DNA of 63,080 nt, counting the filler. It is 5 parts of 5 records of this genome, joined end to end, with 100 filler letters (N's around TTAATTAATTAA, not from the genome) between each part and the next. Parts side by side here need not be neighbours in the genome. Positions count along the whole stretch, not along the records: positions 1 to 22,903 come from SRR31156797_6911; 4 more parts are not named here. One strand, 5' to 3'. A program made the translations under genes and the position numbers. Below are positions 1-9,421 of the stretch, in pieces. Every line of letters begins with the position of its first letter. Position 1 is the stretch's first letter. Below the pieces are notes generated by a model. The model ran no database searches, had not been told where the DNA came from, and saw nothing but the letters and a program-made list of their open reading frames with translations.

Positions 1-955
1 TAAGAATCGTCAGGGTCGGAGAATTCGCCACGTCGCCAAGGACTTCCGCCATCAGGGACGATAGGCTGTAATACCCCGTCATATAGCCGAAAATGCCGGA
101 AATGCCGATGGTGAAGAGCGTCAGCGAAGACATCACGGCCGTTTCCTGACAAACCTTCCAGAACAGGTGGAGCGAAAGGCTTCGATAGATGACGACAGCG
201 AGGAAAACGGTATAGAAGGCGGCGATGGCGGAGGCCTCGGTTGGCGTGAACACACCGGTGGTTATGCCGCCGATAATGATGACCGGAATTCCCAAAGGCA
301 GGATGACCCGTCGGGTCGCCGTCAAGAGCTCGAGCAACGGCGGGCGGGGATGACGCGGGTATTTATCGCGCACGGCGAAAACATAGACCAGGCTCATCTG
401 TGAGAGACCGATCAGAAGACCCGGAATGATCCCGGCCAGGAACATGGCGCCGATCGAGGTGTCGACGGTGGCGCCGTAGATTATCATGATGATGCTCGGC
501 GGAATGATTTGACCTAGCGTCGAAGACGCCGCGGTTACCGAAACGGTGAAGTCGTCTTTGTATCCCTCTTTTTTCATGGCCGGGATAAGGATGGAACCGA
601 GCGCCGCGGTGTCGGCGGTGGACGACCCCGAAACCCCGGCGAACAGCATACTGACCAAGACGTTCACATGTCCCAGTCCGCCCCGAATGGAGCCGACGAC
701 AGCATTGGCGAATTCGACCAGATGGCGGGTGATTCCCACCCGCCCCATCAAAAGGCCGGTAAACAGAAACATCGGAATGGCGGTAATGACAAAGCTGCTC
801 AGCCCGGCGTAGGTGCGCTGGCTTAACAGCCAAGGATCCAGTCGCGGTTCGAATAAGATTACGGCCAGAGAGGCTAATCCGATCGCAAACGGAACGGGCA
901 CCGTCAGGAGAACCAGCAACAGAAAGGTAACCAGAAGAACGGTAACCCCTGTCAT
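1..955 (-). CDS. dctM: TRAP transporter large permease DctM (3' end cut by window start)
   Basis: ATG at 955 overlaps the dctQ stop (ATGA). Hydrophobic ORF MTGVTVLL... with motifs GVSGSSTADTAA, GQIIPPSIIMIIY and TSIGAMFLAGIIPG. Absent from the ORF track because there is no stop in the window. Confidence 0.9.
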   Translation of the reverse strand, partial: MTGVTVLLVTFLLLVLLTVPVPFAIGLASLAVILFEPRLDPWLLSQRTYAGLSSFVITAIPMFLFTGLLMGRVGITRHLVEFANAVVGSIRGGLGHVNVLVSMLFAGVSGSSTADTAALGSILIPAMKKEGYKDDFTVSVTAASSTLGQIIPPSIIMIIYGATVDTSIGAMFLAGIIPGLLIGLSQMSLVYVFAVRDKYPRHPRPPLLELLTATRRVILPLGIPVIIIGGITTGVFTPTEASAIAAFYTVFLAVVIYRSLSLHLFWKVCQETAVMSSLTLFTIGISGIFGYMTGYYSLSSLMAEVLGDVANSPTLTIL

Positions 956-1548
956 GTCGGTTCTCCGGGTTTCTGTGTAGCCGGGAAGGCTTCGAATATG
1001 AACCTTTCCAGCAGGAAGACGGCCATCAGAAAGCTGCCGACCGGTATGCAGCTGTAGAACCAAACCTTGGGAATTTCCAATGCCGAGGAAACGGTGGACA
1101 TGCCTTCATACGCGTACTGAATTCCGTAAAACAGGAACACGAAAATCAAAATCCCCATACAGGCATAAACCAGCAAACTCAGAATTCGGCGCGGCGTGTC
1201 AGGCAGGCACTCGGAGAGGATGGAAACGCAAAAATGAATATGGTGGCGTACGGCGACGCTCGCGGCGAGGAACGTCAACCAAACCAAGCAGTAAAGGGCG
1301 ACCTCCTCGGTCCAGCCAATAGGTAGGTGAAGGACGTATCGGTTGAGAACCTGGAGCCCCATGACGAGACCCAAACCCATAACCAAAACCGCCGCAATTG
1401 CCCGGGCGATCCATTCAAGCCTGTCGATCACGGGTACCAGGGAATTTACGGCGGCGAAGCGACAGGCAAGTTTGGGGCGGCTGTCGGATACAAATTCCTC
1501 GTACTTGCCGTCTTTGTCGGCGGATCCGTTATTGTCGTTGAGAGCCAT
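952..1548 (-). CDS. dctQ: TRAP transporter small permease DctQ
   Basis: QVLNRYV..WTEEVA..HF motif, four TM segments, lies between dctP and dctM. Confidence 0.9.
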   Translation of the reverse strand: MALNDNNGSADKDGKYEEFVSDSRPKLACRFAAVNSLVPVIDRLEWIARAIAAVLVMGLGLVMGLQVLNRYVLHLPIGWTEEVALYCLVWLTFLAASVAVRHHIHFCVSILSECLPDTPRRILSLLVYACMGILIFVFLFYGIQYAYEGMSTVSSALEIPKVWFYSCIPVGSFLMAVFLLERFIFEAFPATQKPGEPT

Positions 1549-1620
1549 GTGTTTCCTCTAATCCATAACAATTGGGAGAATATCAAAAGGCGGAAAACAT
1601 GGGGTATCTACAAAAATCAA

Positions 1621-1657
1621 GCGCCGTCCTGCCCGATGCGTACGACAGGACGACGCT
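1621..1657. terminator. GC-rich hairpin between dctP and dctQ (attenuating or stabilising stem-loop)
   Basis: GCGCCGTCCTG...CAGGACGACGC imperfect inverted repeat. Confidence 0.5.
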
Positions 1658-1667
1658 CATAAATGGG

Positions 1668-2675
1668 TTATTTTCCAATCGCAGTGATCTTGTTCAGCAG
1701 ATCGAGCACCCCAAGCTCTTTCGACGTTTCCTCTCGAACCTTGGTGGTTGCCTGGATCCACTTCGGACGATCGGTCACCTCGACGACCTTGAGGCCGAAC
1801 TTGTCCTGCAGGTGTTTTAAGCCGCTTTCACCGTATTCCTGTTCGACCTTGTTTTCATATTCGGCAGCCTCGCGACCGACCCTGCGAACGATCTCCTGAT
1901 GTTCTGTGGACAGGGCTTTGAGTTGTTTGAGGCCCATCACGAATGGCCGAACCGTGTAAGAGTGCTGTGACAGCGCAATGAATTTGGAAGGCTCATACCA
2001 CTTCTGTGAAACGAAGGTCGGAACCTCGTTTTCGGCGGCATCTACAACGCCGGTCTGCAACGCCGTGTAGACTTCGCTGTAGGCAACGACGCTGGGTACC
2101 GTACCAATCGCCTTCCAGGTGTTGATGATGACCGGCGCTTGCCAGACACGCATCTTGATCCCTTGCATCTTGTCCAGGCTGGTCATGGGTTCGGTACGTG
2201 AGATGACGTTGCGAATAGATCCGCCAAAATTGCCGAGTACCACCAATTCGCTCTTGGCTTCCAGCATCTGATCCATTTCTTCACTAACGGGACCGCGCAC
2301 GAAAGCCTGCCAATGGGCCCGATCGCGGAAGACGAACGGGATGTCCAGAATCTGGTAGCCAGGGACGAAAGCGGACAGATAGCCGGGCGACACGACGGCA
2401 ATATCGACCGTCCCGCGTTTGATGCCTTCGGCCAGTTCGACTTCGTTTCCGAGAACTCCGTCCGCAAAAATCTTGGCGGTAAGAGCCCCATTGGTTTCCT
2501 CGGCCAAGCGTTTCGCGAAATATTCCGCGCCCTTTGTGAAGGGATAGTCCTTCGAAACCATAAGGCCGACAATCAATTCGTTGGCGGCCTTGGCCGCTCC
2601 ACCCGCCACGCTCATCGCCATCACGAATCCAACAGCAAGTGCGGAAAATTGGGTCAGTGTCTTGTGTGTGTGCAT
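1668..2675 (-). CDS. dctP: TRAP transporter substrate-binding protein DctP
   Basis: Signal peptide; GIKMRV, EVYTALQTGVVDAAEN motifs. Confidence 0.93.
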   Translation of the reverse strand: MHTHKTLTQFSALAVGFVMAMSVAGGAAKAANELIVGLMVSKDYPFTKGAEYFAKRLAEETNGALTAKIFADGVLGNEVELAEGIKRGTVDIAVVSPGYLSAFVPGYQILDIPFVFRDRAHWQAFVRGPVSEEMDQMLEAKSELVVLGNFGGSIRNVISRTEPMTSLDKMQGIKMRVWQAPVIINTWKAIGTVPSVVAYSEVYTALQTGVVDAAENEVPTFVSQKWYEPSKFIALSQHSYTVRPFVMGLKQLKALSTEHQEIVRRVGREAAEYENKVEQEYGESGLKHLQDKFGLKVVEVTDRPKWIQATTKVREETSKELGVLDLLNKITAIGK

Positions 2676-2815
2676 TCGATTCCACCTCCTCTGTTCAGGT
2701 TAATCCCTGAAACCGCCGTGCGCCCGGGAGTGCCTCCCGAACTGGGGGCGGGCGGCGGTTTTCCCTAATTCCAAGTTCGTCCAGATTTCTGTTGCTCCGG
2801 TGAACTCCCGATAAT

Positions 2816-2868
2816 AAAATCGTTTTCCGAAATCGATTTATTATGTGTTCGTTCCGACCAGCGGTCAA
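2816..2868 (-). promoter_or_regulatory. sigma70 promoter for dctPQM with tandem LacI-type operator
   Basis: Minus strand TTGACC-N17-CATAAT, followed directly by AAATCGATTTCGGAAAACGATTTT. Confidence 0.75.
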
Positions 2869-2999
2869 GCGGATTTGTGCGTGCAAGGCGCCTTCGTTTC
2901 GATCGTCAGAACGGTTTAAAGGCCCGAAACGGCGTTGCATCGGCGCATGGCGAATGGATTAGAATGCCGGTTGATTTCACGGGATGGACGGAAATTGAA

Positions 3000-4145
3000 A
3001 TGAAGATGATGTCAACTGGTGATGGAGGTTCCCGCAATGCCGATGGGCCTCCGAACCGCAAGGAGCGGCGGGAATCGGGGCGGCGGGGCCAATTTGCCCG
3101 GGCAACATTGCAGGATGTCGCACGGGCTTGCGGTGTCGCGCCATCGACGGCGTCCAATGCCATGGCGGGCAAACCTCACGTGCGCAAGGAAACGCGCCAA
3201 CGGGTGCTGCAAGTCGCCGAGGAGATGGGCTACCGTGCCTCGCCGGTGGCGCGGGGCTTGCGGATGAACCGGAGCTGGACCATCGGCCTGATCGTATCCG
3301 ATATTTCCAATCCCTTCTTTTCGGAAATCGCCCGCGGCATCGAGGACGTCATCATCGGCGCGGGATGGCGCCTGATCCTGGCCAATACGGACTACGACCT
3401 CGAAAAACAGACCTACTATTTGCGAACCATGCGCGATCACAAGGTGGACGGCTTGGTTCTTGCGTGTCTGGGCTCGGATAGCGATGACGTGGTGGAACTG
3501 CAGAGTGCCGGGCTCAATTTCGTCCTTCTGAATCGGCGCCATCGGAGAGTCGAAGCCGATCTTGTCGGAATCGACAATGTCGGCGGGACAACCTTGGCAA
3601 TGGACCATTTGAGCAGGCTTGGCCATCGGCGGATTGCCTTTATTCGCGGCCCCAGCGACTCGACGGTTACCGACGAAAGAATCGACGGTTATATGAAGGG
3701 GCTGCGGCAAGCCGGATTGCCGCTGGACCGATCGCTGATCGCGGACGGGCATCTGACCATTTCCTGTGGCGTTTCGGCAACGCGAACCCTGCTTGATCTT
3801 GCCGATCCACCGACGGCGATCCTCGCCACCAACGATCTCATGGCGTTGGGTGCCATGAGGGAAATAATGTCGCGAGGGTTGCGCGTGCCCGAAGACATAT
3901 CCGTCGTCGGATTCGACGACATTTACGTATCCGACCTTCCGATGGTGAATCTGACGACCGTTCATTGTCCGTGCCGCGAAATCGGACAAGCGACGGCCGA
4001 GATTCTCCTCAAACGGATCAATCAAAAAAGGCGTTCGAAACCAAGGAAGGTCATTTTCGATCCAACTCTGGTGGTGCGCGGCAGCACGGCACCGCCGCGT
4101 AAAAGCCCTTTGAACATGGCCGAGCAGGTCGAAAGGAAATTATGA
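3000..4145 (+). CDS. LacI-family transcriptional regulator
   Basis: ATLQDVARACGVAPSTAS HTH, YRASPVARGL hinge, VPEDISVVGFDD. Start probably ATG 3000-3009 rather than 2877. Confidence 0.95.
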   Translation: MKMMSTGDGGSRNADGPPNRKERRESGRRGQFARATLQDVARACGVAPSTASNAMAGKPHVRKETRQRVLQVAEEMGYRASPVARGLRMNRSWTIGLIVSDISNPFFSEIARGIEDVIIGAGWRLILANTDYDLEKQTYYLRTMRDHKVDGLVLACLGSDSDDVVELQSAGLNFVLLNRRHRRVEADLVGIDNVGGTTLAMDHLSRLGHRRIAFIRGPSDSTVTDERIDGYMKGLRQAGLPLDRSLIADGHLTISCGVSATRTLLDLADPPTAILATNDLMALGAMREIMSRGLRVPEDISVVGFDDIYVSDLPMVNLTTVHCPCREIGQATAEILLKRINQKRRSKPRKVIFDPTLVVRGSTAPPRKSPLNMAEQVERKL

Positions 4146-5071
4146 AAGGTTCTGTCGACAAGGTGATTTCTTTGTCCGAGGCTGCGACATGGGTCGGGCC
4201 CGGAATGGTTCTCGTCGCCGGCGGTTTTGCCGCTTCTCATCAGCCGATGGCGTTTTTTCGCGAAGTTATCCGCTCAGGCACGGGTAAGGTGTCGATGGCT
4301 GCGGTTGCGGAGTGCTGGGTCGTGGAGATGCTGGCTGCCGCGGGTATGCTGGACCGGGTGGCTCTCTCATGTCTGATGTTTGAGCAACTGGGCCGGTGCC
4401 AGCAGTTCTCGCGGGCGGTCGAGAAAGGTGCGCTGACCATCGAGGACCACAGCCATTTCGGTTTGGTTACGCGCCTGGCGGCTTCCGCACTTGGTTTGCC
4501 GTTCCTGCCAATACGTTCAATGAACGGGACAGACATATTCAAGTGCCGGGGGTACGAACAACCCGAGGATAAATGGAAACGTATCGCATCGCCATTTGGC
4601 AGCGAGGATCTGACCGTTGTCTCCGCCATCGTTCCGGATCTGGCGGTTATCCATGTCGCCCGTGCCTCCCGTCGCGGTGATTGCCAGCTGTTCGGACCGA
4701 CCACCATCGTCGAGGAGCAGGCAAAGGCGGCCCGAAAGGTGATCGTGACCGCCGAGGAGATCGTTGACGATGGCGAGATCGCACGGTGTCCGGAGTTTAC
4801 GGTAATTCCGGGGTTCATGGTTGACGCGATTGTGCATCTTCCTTTCGGGGCCCATCCGACCGGGATGTTCGGCTACTACGACTGCGATCATGACCATCTC
4901 GCGGAATACCATGACGGTTCGCGCGACGACGCGTCGCTGGCCGATTACATGAAGCGCTACGTTTACGATCCCGCCGATCATTGGGCCTATCTCGAACATA
5001 TTGGTATCAGCCGATTGATGTCCTTGAGAGTGGATCCCGCCCTCGGTTACCGGCGGCCGGAAGGGAAGTAG
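4142..5071 (+). CDS. Family I CoA-transferase alpha subunit (GctA-like)
   Basis: LAASALGLPFLP, PDLAVIHV, AARKVIVTAEEIV, PFGAHP motifs. Confidence 0.85.
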   Translation: MKGSVDKVISLSEAATWVGPGMVLVAGGFAASHQPMAFFREVIRSGTGKVSMAAVAECWVVEMLAAAGMLDRVALSCLMFEQLGRCQQFSRAVEKGALTIEDHSHFGLVTRLAASALGLPFLPIRSMNGTDIFKCRGYEQPEDKWKRIASPFGSEDLTVVSAIVPDLAVIHVARASRRGDCQLFGPTTIVEEQAKAARKVIVTAEEIVDDGEIARCPEFTVIPGFMVDAIVHLPFGAHPTGMFGYYDCDHDHLAEYHDGSRDDASLADYMKRYVYDPADHWAYLEHIGISRLMSLRVDPALGYRRPEGK

Positions 5072-5072
5072 A

Positions 5073-5849
5073 ATGACCGAGACTCCTATCAGTCGCGACG
5101 TTCAAATGGCCATTGCGGCGGCGCGCGAAATCGATGATGGCGACGTGGCGTTCATCGGAACCGGGCTGCCGATGGTGGCCGCCTATCTGGCGAAATACAC
5201 TCACGCTCCCGGCGCAACCTTGGTTTTCGAATCCGGAATTGTGGACCCGTCCCCGATCGATCTGGCCGGCGGCGTCGGCGACTATCGATTGGCCCACGGA
5301 GCCACCAAACTGAGCGGTATGTGGTATGCCCTCGGTTTGCTGCAGCAGGGAAAGGTGGACATCGGATTTCTCGGCGCGGCCGAGGTGGACTCCTTCGGCA
5401 ACATCAATTCGACGGTCATCGGACCTTACGAACGACCACGGGTGCGGCTTCCCGGTAGCGGGGGAGCCAATGACATCGCCAGTATGGCCAAGCGATTCGC
5501 CATCATCTGCCGCCATCGGAAAAACCGCCTGGTAGAGGAGATGAGCTATCTGACGACTCCCGGATTCCTGGATGGTCCGGGAGGCCGGGAAAAAGCCGGA
5601 TTACCGGGGGCGGGGCCGGTGCGTATCATCACCGATCTTGCGGTCATGGGCTTCGATCAACGGACCAAACGGGCCGTTGTCCAGTCAACCTATCCGGGCG
5701 TTACAGCCGAAGAGATCAGGGACAACACCGGATTTTCCCTGGACGTTCCCGATGATTTGCCGATCGAGACGGCGCCAACCGGTGAACAGCTTCGCCTCAT
5801 CCACGATGTCATCGATCCGACCGGGATGTACATCAAAAAGGTCGTTTGA
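5073..5849 (+). CDS. Family I CoA-transferase beta subunit (GctB-like, catalytic Glu present)
   Basis: FIGTGLP, LVFESG, GAAEVDSFGNINST, RLPGSGGANDIA. Confidence 0.88.
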   Translation: MTETPISRDVQMAIAAAREIDDGDVAFIGTGLPMVAAYLAKYTHAPGATLVFESGIVDPSPIDLAGGVGDYRLAHGATKLSGMWYALGLLQQGKVDIGFLGAAEVDSFGNINSTVIGPYERPRVRLPGSGGANDIASMAKRFAIICRHRKNRLVEEMSYLTTPGFLDGPGGREKAGLPGAGPVRIITDLAVMGFDQRTKRAVVQSTYPGVTAEEIRDNTGFSLDVPDDLPIETAPTGEQLRLIHDVIDPTGMYIKKVV

Positions 5850-5889
5850 AACGGTCGGCCAGAATATCCGTACCGAAAAAAGGAGAACA

Positions 5890-6801
5890 TTGCTCGTGGA
5901 TAACGCACCAAGGAAAGTATGTTCGCTGTCGGAAGCGATTTCCGCCATTCCGAATAGCGCCGCCGTTGCCATTGGCGGGCATACCGCCCGCCGCCATCCG
6001 ATGGCCGCGGTCCGGGAACTCATACGCCAGAAAAAGAAGGACCTTGCCATCATTGGGTGGAACAACGGAATCGACATGGACATGTTGATAGGCGCCGGTT
6101 GTGCCCGAGAGGTCGAGACCTCGTATATCGGCATGGGGAGTTTGGGCTTGGCCCGAAACTTCCGACGATGGGCCGAGAACGGACGGATCAAGGTGATCGA
6201 GCACTCGGAGACGACGGCATTGGATCGCTTCCGCGCCGCCTCGATCGGCCTGACCTTTTTTCCGTGCAAGACACCCCTCGGCAACGACTTGAGCAAGACC
6301 AATCCGCACGTTGCCGAAATGAAGGATCCGTTCACCGGGGAACGGTGGGCCGCCGTACGGGCCGCATTCCCCGAGTGGGCCATCATACATGCCCATACTG
6401 CCGACGAATTTGGCAACGTCCAACTCGATCGCGACCGCTGGCACGACAATTCCGTGGACGTCTTGATTGGCAAAGCGGCGAAGAAGACAATCGTCACCGT
6501 CGAGCAGATCGTCAGTCACGAAGCCATCCGCAGCAATCCGATAGACACCATTCTGCATCGAAAGGATGTCCATTGCGTGGTGGAAGCCCCGTGGGGCGCT
6601 CACCCGTGCTGTTGTGATGCCCGCTACGACTACGATATGCGGCATCTGAAGGTCTATTACGATGCTACCGAGACCCCCGATTCCTTCGAGGCCTACCTTG
6701 ATGAGTATGTGCGGAATCCCGCCGATCACCTCGACTATTTACAGCGCATCGGCATCGAACAACTGATGGGTGTTACGCTGAGAAGGAAAGTGACGACATG
6801 A
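5890..6801 (+). CDS. Second CoA-transferase-fold alpha subunit
   Basis: PMAAVRELIRQ, DMLIGAG, HAHTADEFGN, PWGAHP. RBS AGGAG at 5881 supports a TTG 5890 or GTG 5896 start. Confidence 0.85.
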   Translation: MLVDNAPRKVCSLSEAISAIPNSAAVAIGGHTARRHPMAAVRELIRQKKKDLAIIGWNNGIDMDMLIGAGCAREVETSYIGMGSLGLARNFRRWAENGRIKVIEHSETTALDRFRAASIGLTFFPCKTPLGNDLSKTNPHVAEMKDPFTGERWAAVRAAFPEWAIIHAHTADEFGNVQLDRDRWHDNSVDVLIGKAAKKTIVTVEQIVSHEAIRSNPIDTILHRKDVHCVVEAPWGAHPCCCDARYDYDMRHLKVYYDATETPDSFEAYLDEYVRNPADHLDYLQRIGIEQLMGVTLRRKVTT

Positions 6802-7604
6802 CCAGAAATTACAGCTATGTCGAACAGTTGTGTGTCTCGGTGTCCCGTGAGTTGAAGGATGGCGGCGTCGGATTCATCGGTCTGGGTACCGGCGGGCGCT
6901 CGTTCACTCTAGCCGTCGGCGTGCCGACCGTTGCCATCGAACTGGCCAAAAGAAGCCGAGGTATCGATTTCATCGCTCAGTACGGGGTCGCCCTGGAACC
7001 GGATATCGGGGGAACACCGCGCTGTTTCTCCGATCCTAATCTATTGAAGTGGTCCAGTACCGGCCAGCAGTTGGTCGAGCACTGCCTGGACAATTTCCGA
7101 AGGGGCTTTATCGACGTCGGCTTTATTTCGGGCGTACAGATCGATCCGCGGGGAAACGTCAATTCGGTTTGCATCGGCGATCAGGTCAAACCGAAGATCC
7201 GCTTGGTCGGTGTAATTGCCCAAGGCGACCATGCAGCCTATGCCGGCAATACCTTCATTCTGATTCCACAGGAACAAAGGATATTCGTCCCGAAAGTGGA
7301 TTTCGTATCCGCGGTGGGTTTCGGCGATGGGCCGGATGCGCGTGACCGCCTAGCGCTTCCCGGGGGTGGTCCCCACAAAGTGTTCACCGACAAGGCGATC
7401 TGGGATTTTGATCCGCAGACCAAGCTGATGCAGCTTGAATCCCGTCACGCTTGGGTGACATCCGGGGAATTGGCGGGAAGCATCGGTTTTCCGATCGACA
7501 TCCCCGAGGACCTGCCGATGACAGCCGAGCCGACCGAGGACGAACTGCGACTGATTCGCGAAATCGATCCGGACGGCTTGTTCCTCGAGGCCAAGATCGT
7601 TTAG
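6798..7604 (+). CDS. Second CoA-transferase-fold beta subunit, divergent (no canonical Glu)
   Basis: QIDPRGNVNS and GGGP..VFTD motifs, but AQYG where the first beta has FESG. Confidence 0.8.
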   Translation: MTRNYSYVEQLCVSVSRELKDGGVGFIGLGTGGRSFTLAVGVPTVAIELAKRSRGIDFIAQYGVALEPDIGGTPRCFSDPNLLKWSSTGQQLVEHCLDNFRRGFIDVGFISGVQIDPRGNVNSVCIGDQVKPKIRLVGVIAQGDHAAYAGNTFILIPQEQRIFVPKVDFVSAVGFGDGPDARDRLALPGGGPHKVFTDKAIWDFDPQTKLMQLESRHAWVTSGELAGSIGFPIDIPEDLPMTAEPTEDELRLIREIDPDGLFLEAKIV

Positions 7605-7645
7605 AGAGCCCTCGAAACCAGGATCGTTGCATACATGAGATCGAA

Positions 7646-7684
7646 GGGCCGGAAACAGATCGGCGTTTCCGGCCCGCTTTTTGT
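7646..7684. terminator. Intrinsic terminator between convergent genes
   Basis: GGGCCGGAAAC-N8-GTTTCCGGCCC followed by T-run. Confidence 0.75.
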
Positions 7685-9223
7685 TTACAGATCCTCGTGA
7701 CGCTCTCTCCAAGACGCCAACCTATCGAATGGCGCAGCGAGCTGGTCCAGAAAAATTTCCGCTGTATCGTATAGTTCGTCGTAAAGGGCCCGATTCTGCG
7801 GATCGGGATGACAGATACCGGCGACGTGATCGGTATCCAGGGGAACGGACGAAGGATCGCTGTAGAAGCCGGAAGCCAAACCGCCCATCAATGCCGCACC
7901 CCATGCGCTCGCTTCCGGGGTGCGGAGGCGGCGCACCGGAAGCCCGAGCATATCAGCGCGGACTTGTGTCCAGAATGCACTGTTGGCGGCACCACCCACG
8001 AGATGGACGATCGTCGGATCGGCTCCGCCTTGGCGGATACGATTGAGACATCTTCGAACCATGATGGCCGTGCCCTCGACGATGGCGCGAGCGACATGAC
8101 CCGGACCATGTTGCAGATTAAGGCCAACAATTGCCCCGCGTGCCGCGGGATTCCAGCCGGGGGTGCGATCTCCGACCAAGGTAGGCAGAAATATCAAACC
8201 GTTGGCACCAGGCGGAACGCTGCTGGCGGCTGCGTCCAGTTCGGTATGGCTGATCCTTTCCGCCCCGACCGGGTTGGCAAACTGATCATTCCACCAACTC
8301 CATACGGCGCCCGTGCTGGTGGTCGGTCCGCCGACCAGCCAACGGTCGGGCAATATATGCGGATTGGTAACAAGCCCTAGATGTCCCCCGGCTGAACAAT
8401 CGGCGACGGAAGCCAGCACGGTATCGGTTGTTCCCGCTGTGTCGACCAGGACGGAATAGTCCAGCGAACCGGCGCCGACGGCCGCCATCGACCCATCCGG
8501 TCCGCCGACGGCGACCGGGATCCCCGCCTTCAGACCGGTTTCGCGGGCTGTCCGGGAAAGAACCTGACCGGCTTGATGGGCCGGGGAGAAGAGAGGCGGG
8601 AACAGCTCCGGGGAAAGACCCGCGGCTTTCATAAACTCCGACTGCCAGGTTCGGGTGCGGATGTCGAAAAGCAAGGTATAGGCGGCGTTCAGCCAGTCGG
8701 TCGCGATGACTCCGGTAAGCCGATAGAGAAGATAGTCCTTTAGCGACAGTATCCTTCGGATGCGTCGGAACGATTGTGGCGACGTGTCGCGCCACCACAT
8801 GGCAATGCATGCGCCTCGTTCCGGTGCTGGTGGGCGACCGGTACATTCGATCAGCAAATCCGGTGGTACGGCGGCTGTCAACGCTTTCATCTGGTCGATC
8901 GCACGGCGATCGCTCCACAATACGGCCGGGGTAATCGCTTCACCGTGTTCGTCCACCCCGATTGTCGCGAGCAGGCCGCACAGTCCGATGCCAACGATCT
9001 GCGCATTTGGCAGTTTCGCTGTTAGTGCTTCCAGGCATGAACCTATTCCGTCGACAGCGGCCGCCCAAACGGCGTCGGCGTCCACCTCCGCCCATCCCGA
9101 GGCCGGCGTGGATGACCGGTAGGTTTTGACCGTTCGCGCGACCATATGACCGCACCCGTCGAATGCGGCGATCTTTATTCCGGAAGTTCCTACATCAATG
9201 CCGAATAGGACCTGATTAACCAT
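7685..9223 (-). CDS. FGGY-family carbohydrate kinase (xylulokinase-like)
   Basis: GIDVGTSGIK, WSDRRA, FLPTLVGDRTP, RAIVEG, GGAANS. Confidence 0.92.
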   Translation of the reverse strand: MVNQVLFGIDVGTSGIKIAAFDGCGHMVARTVKTYRSSTPASGWAEVDADAVWAAAVDGIGSCLEALTAKLPNAQIVGIGLCGLLATIGVDEHGEAITPAVLWSDRRAIDQMKALTAAVPPDLLIECTGRPPAPERGACIAMWWRDTSPQSFRRIRRILSLKDYLLYRLTGVIATDWLNAAYTLLFDIRTRTWQSEFMKAAGLSPELFPPLFSPAHQAGQVLSRTARETGLKAGIPVAVGGPDGSMAAVGAGSLDYSVLVDTAGTTDTVLASVADCSAGGHLGLVTNPHILPDRWLVGGPTTSTGAVWSWWNDQFANPVGAERISHTELDAAASSVPPGANGLIFLPTLVGDRTPGWNPAARGAIVGLNLQHGPGHVARAIVEGTAIMVRRCLNRIRQGGADPTIVHLVGGAANSAFWTQVRADMLGLPVRRLRTPEASAWGAALMGGLASGFYSDPSSVPLDTDHVAGICHPDPQNRALYDELYDTAEIFLDQLAAPFDRLASWRERHEDL

Positions 9224-9255
9224 AAAAAAAACCTTTGTTTAGTCATCGCTGCGAT

Positions 9256-9317
9256 TTGACTCCATGAAAACTCCGTGGTAATCATAATTCATGCAAACGA
9301 TTTCGGAAATCGTTTTT
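9256..9317 (+). promoter_or_regulatory. Promoter plus tandem operator upstream of the ThDP-enzyme operon
   Basis: TTGACT-N17-TAATCA, then CAAACGATTTCGGAAATCGTTTTT. Confidence 0.7.
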
Positions 9318-9421
9318 ATTTCGGCGCCAAACGCTATTCCAACGGCGAATGCGGGCTTGGTGCGTGGGGTGTAGTCAGGTCGGACGACCACTCAAATTGA
9401 ACCAAGGAGATACCAAAGAAA

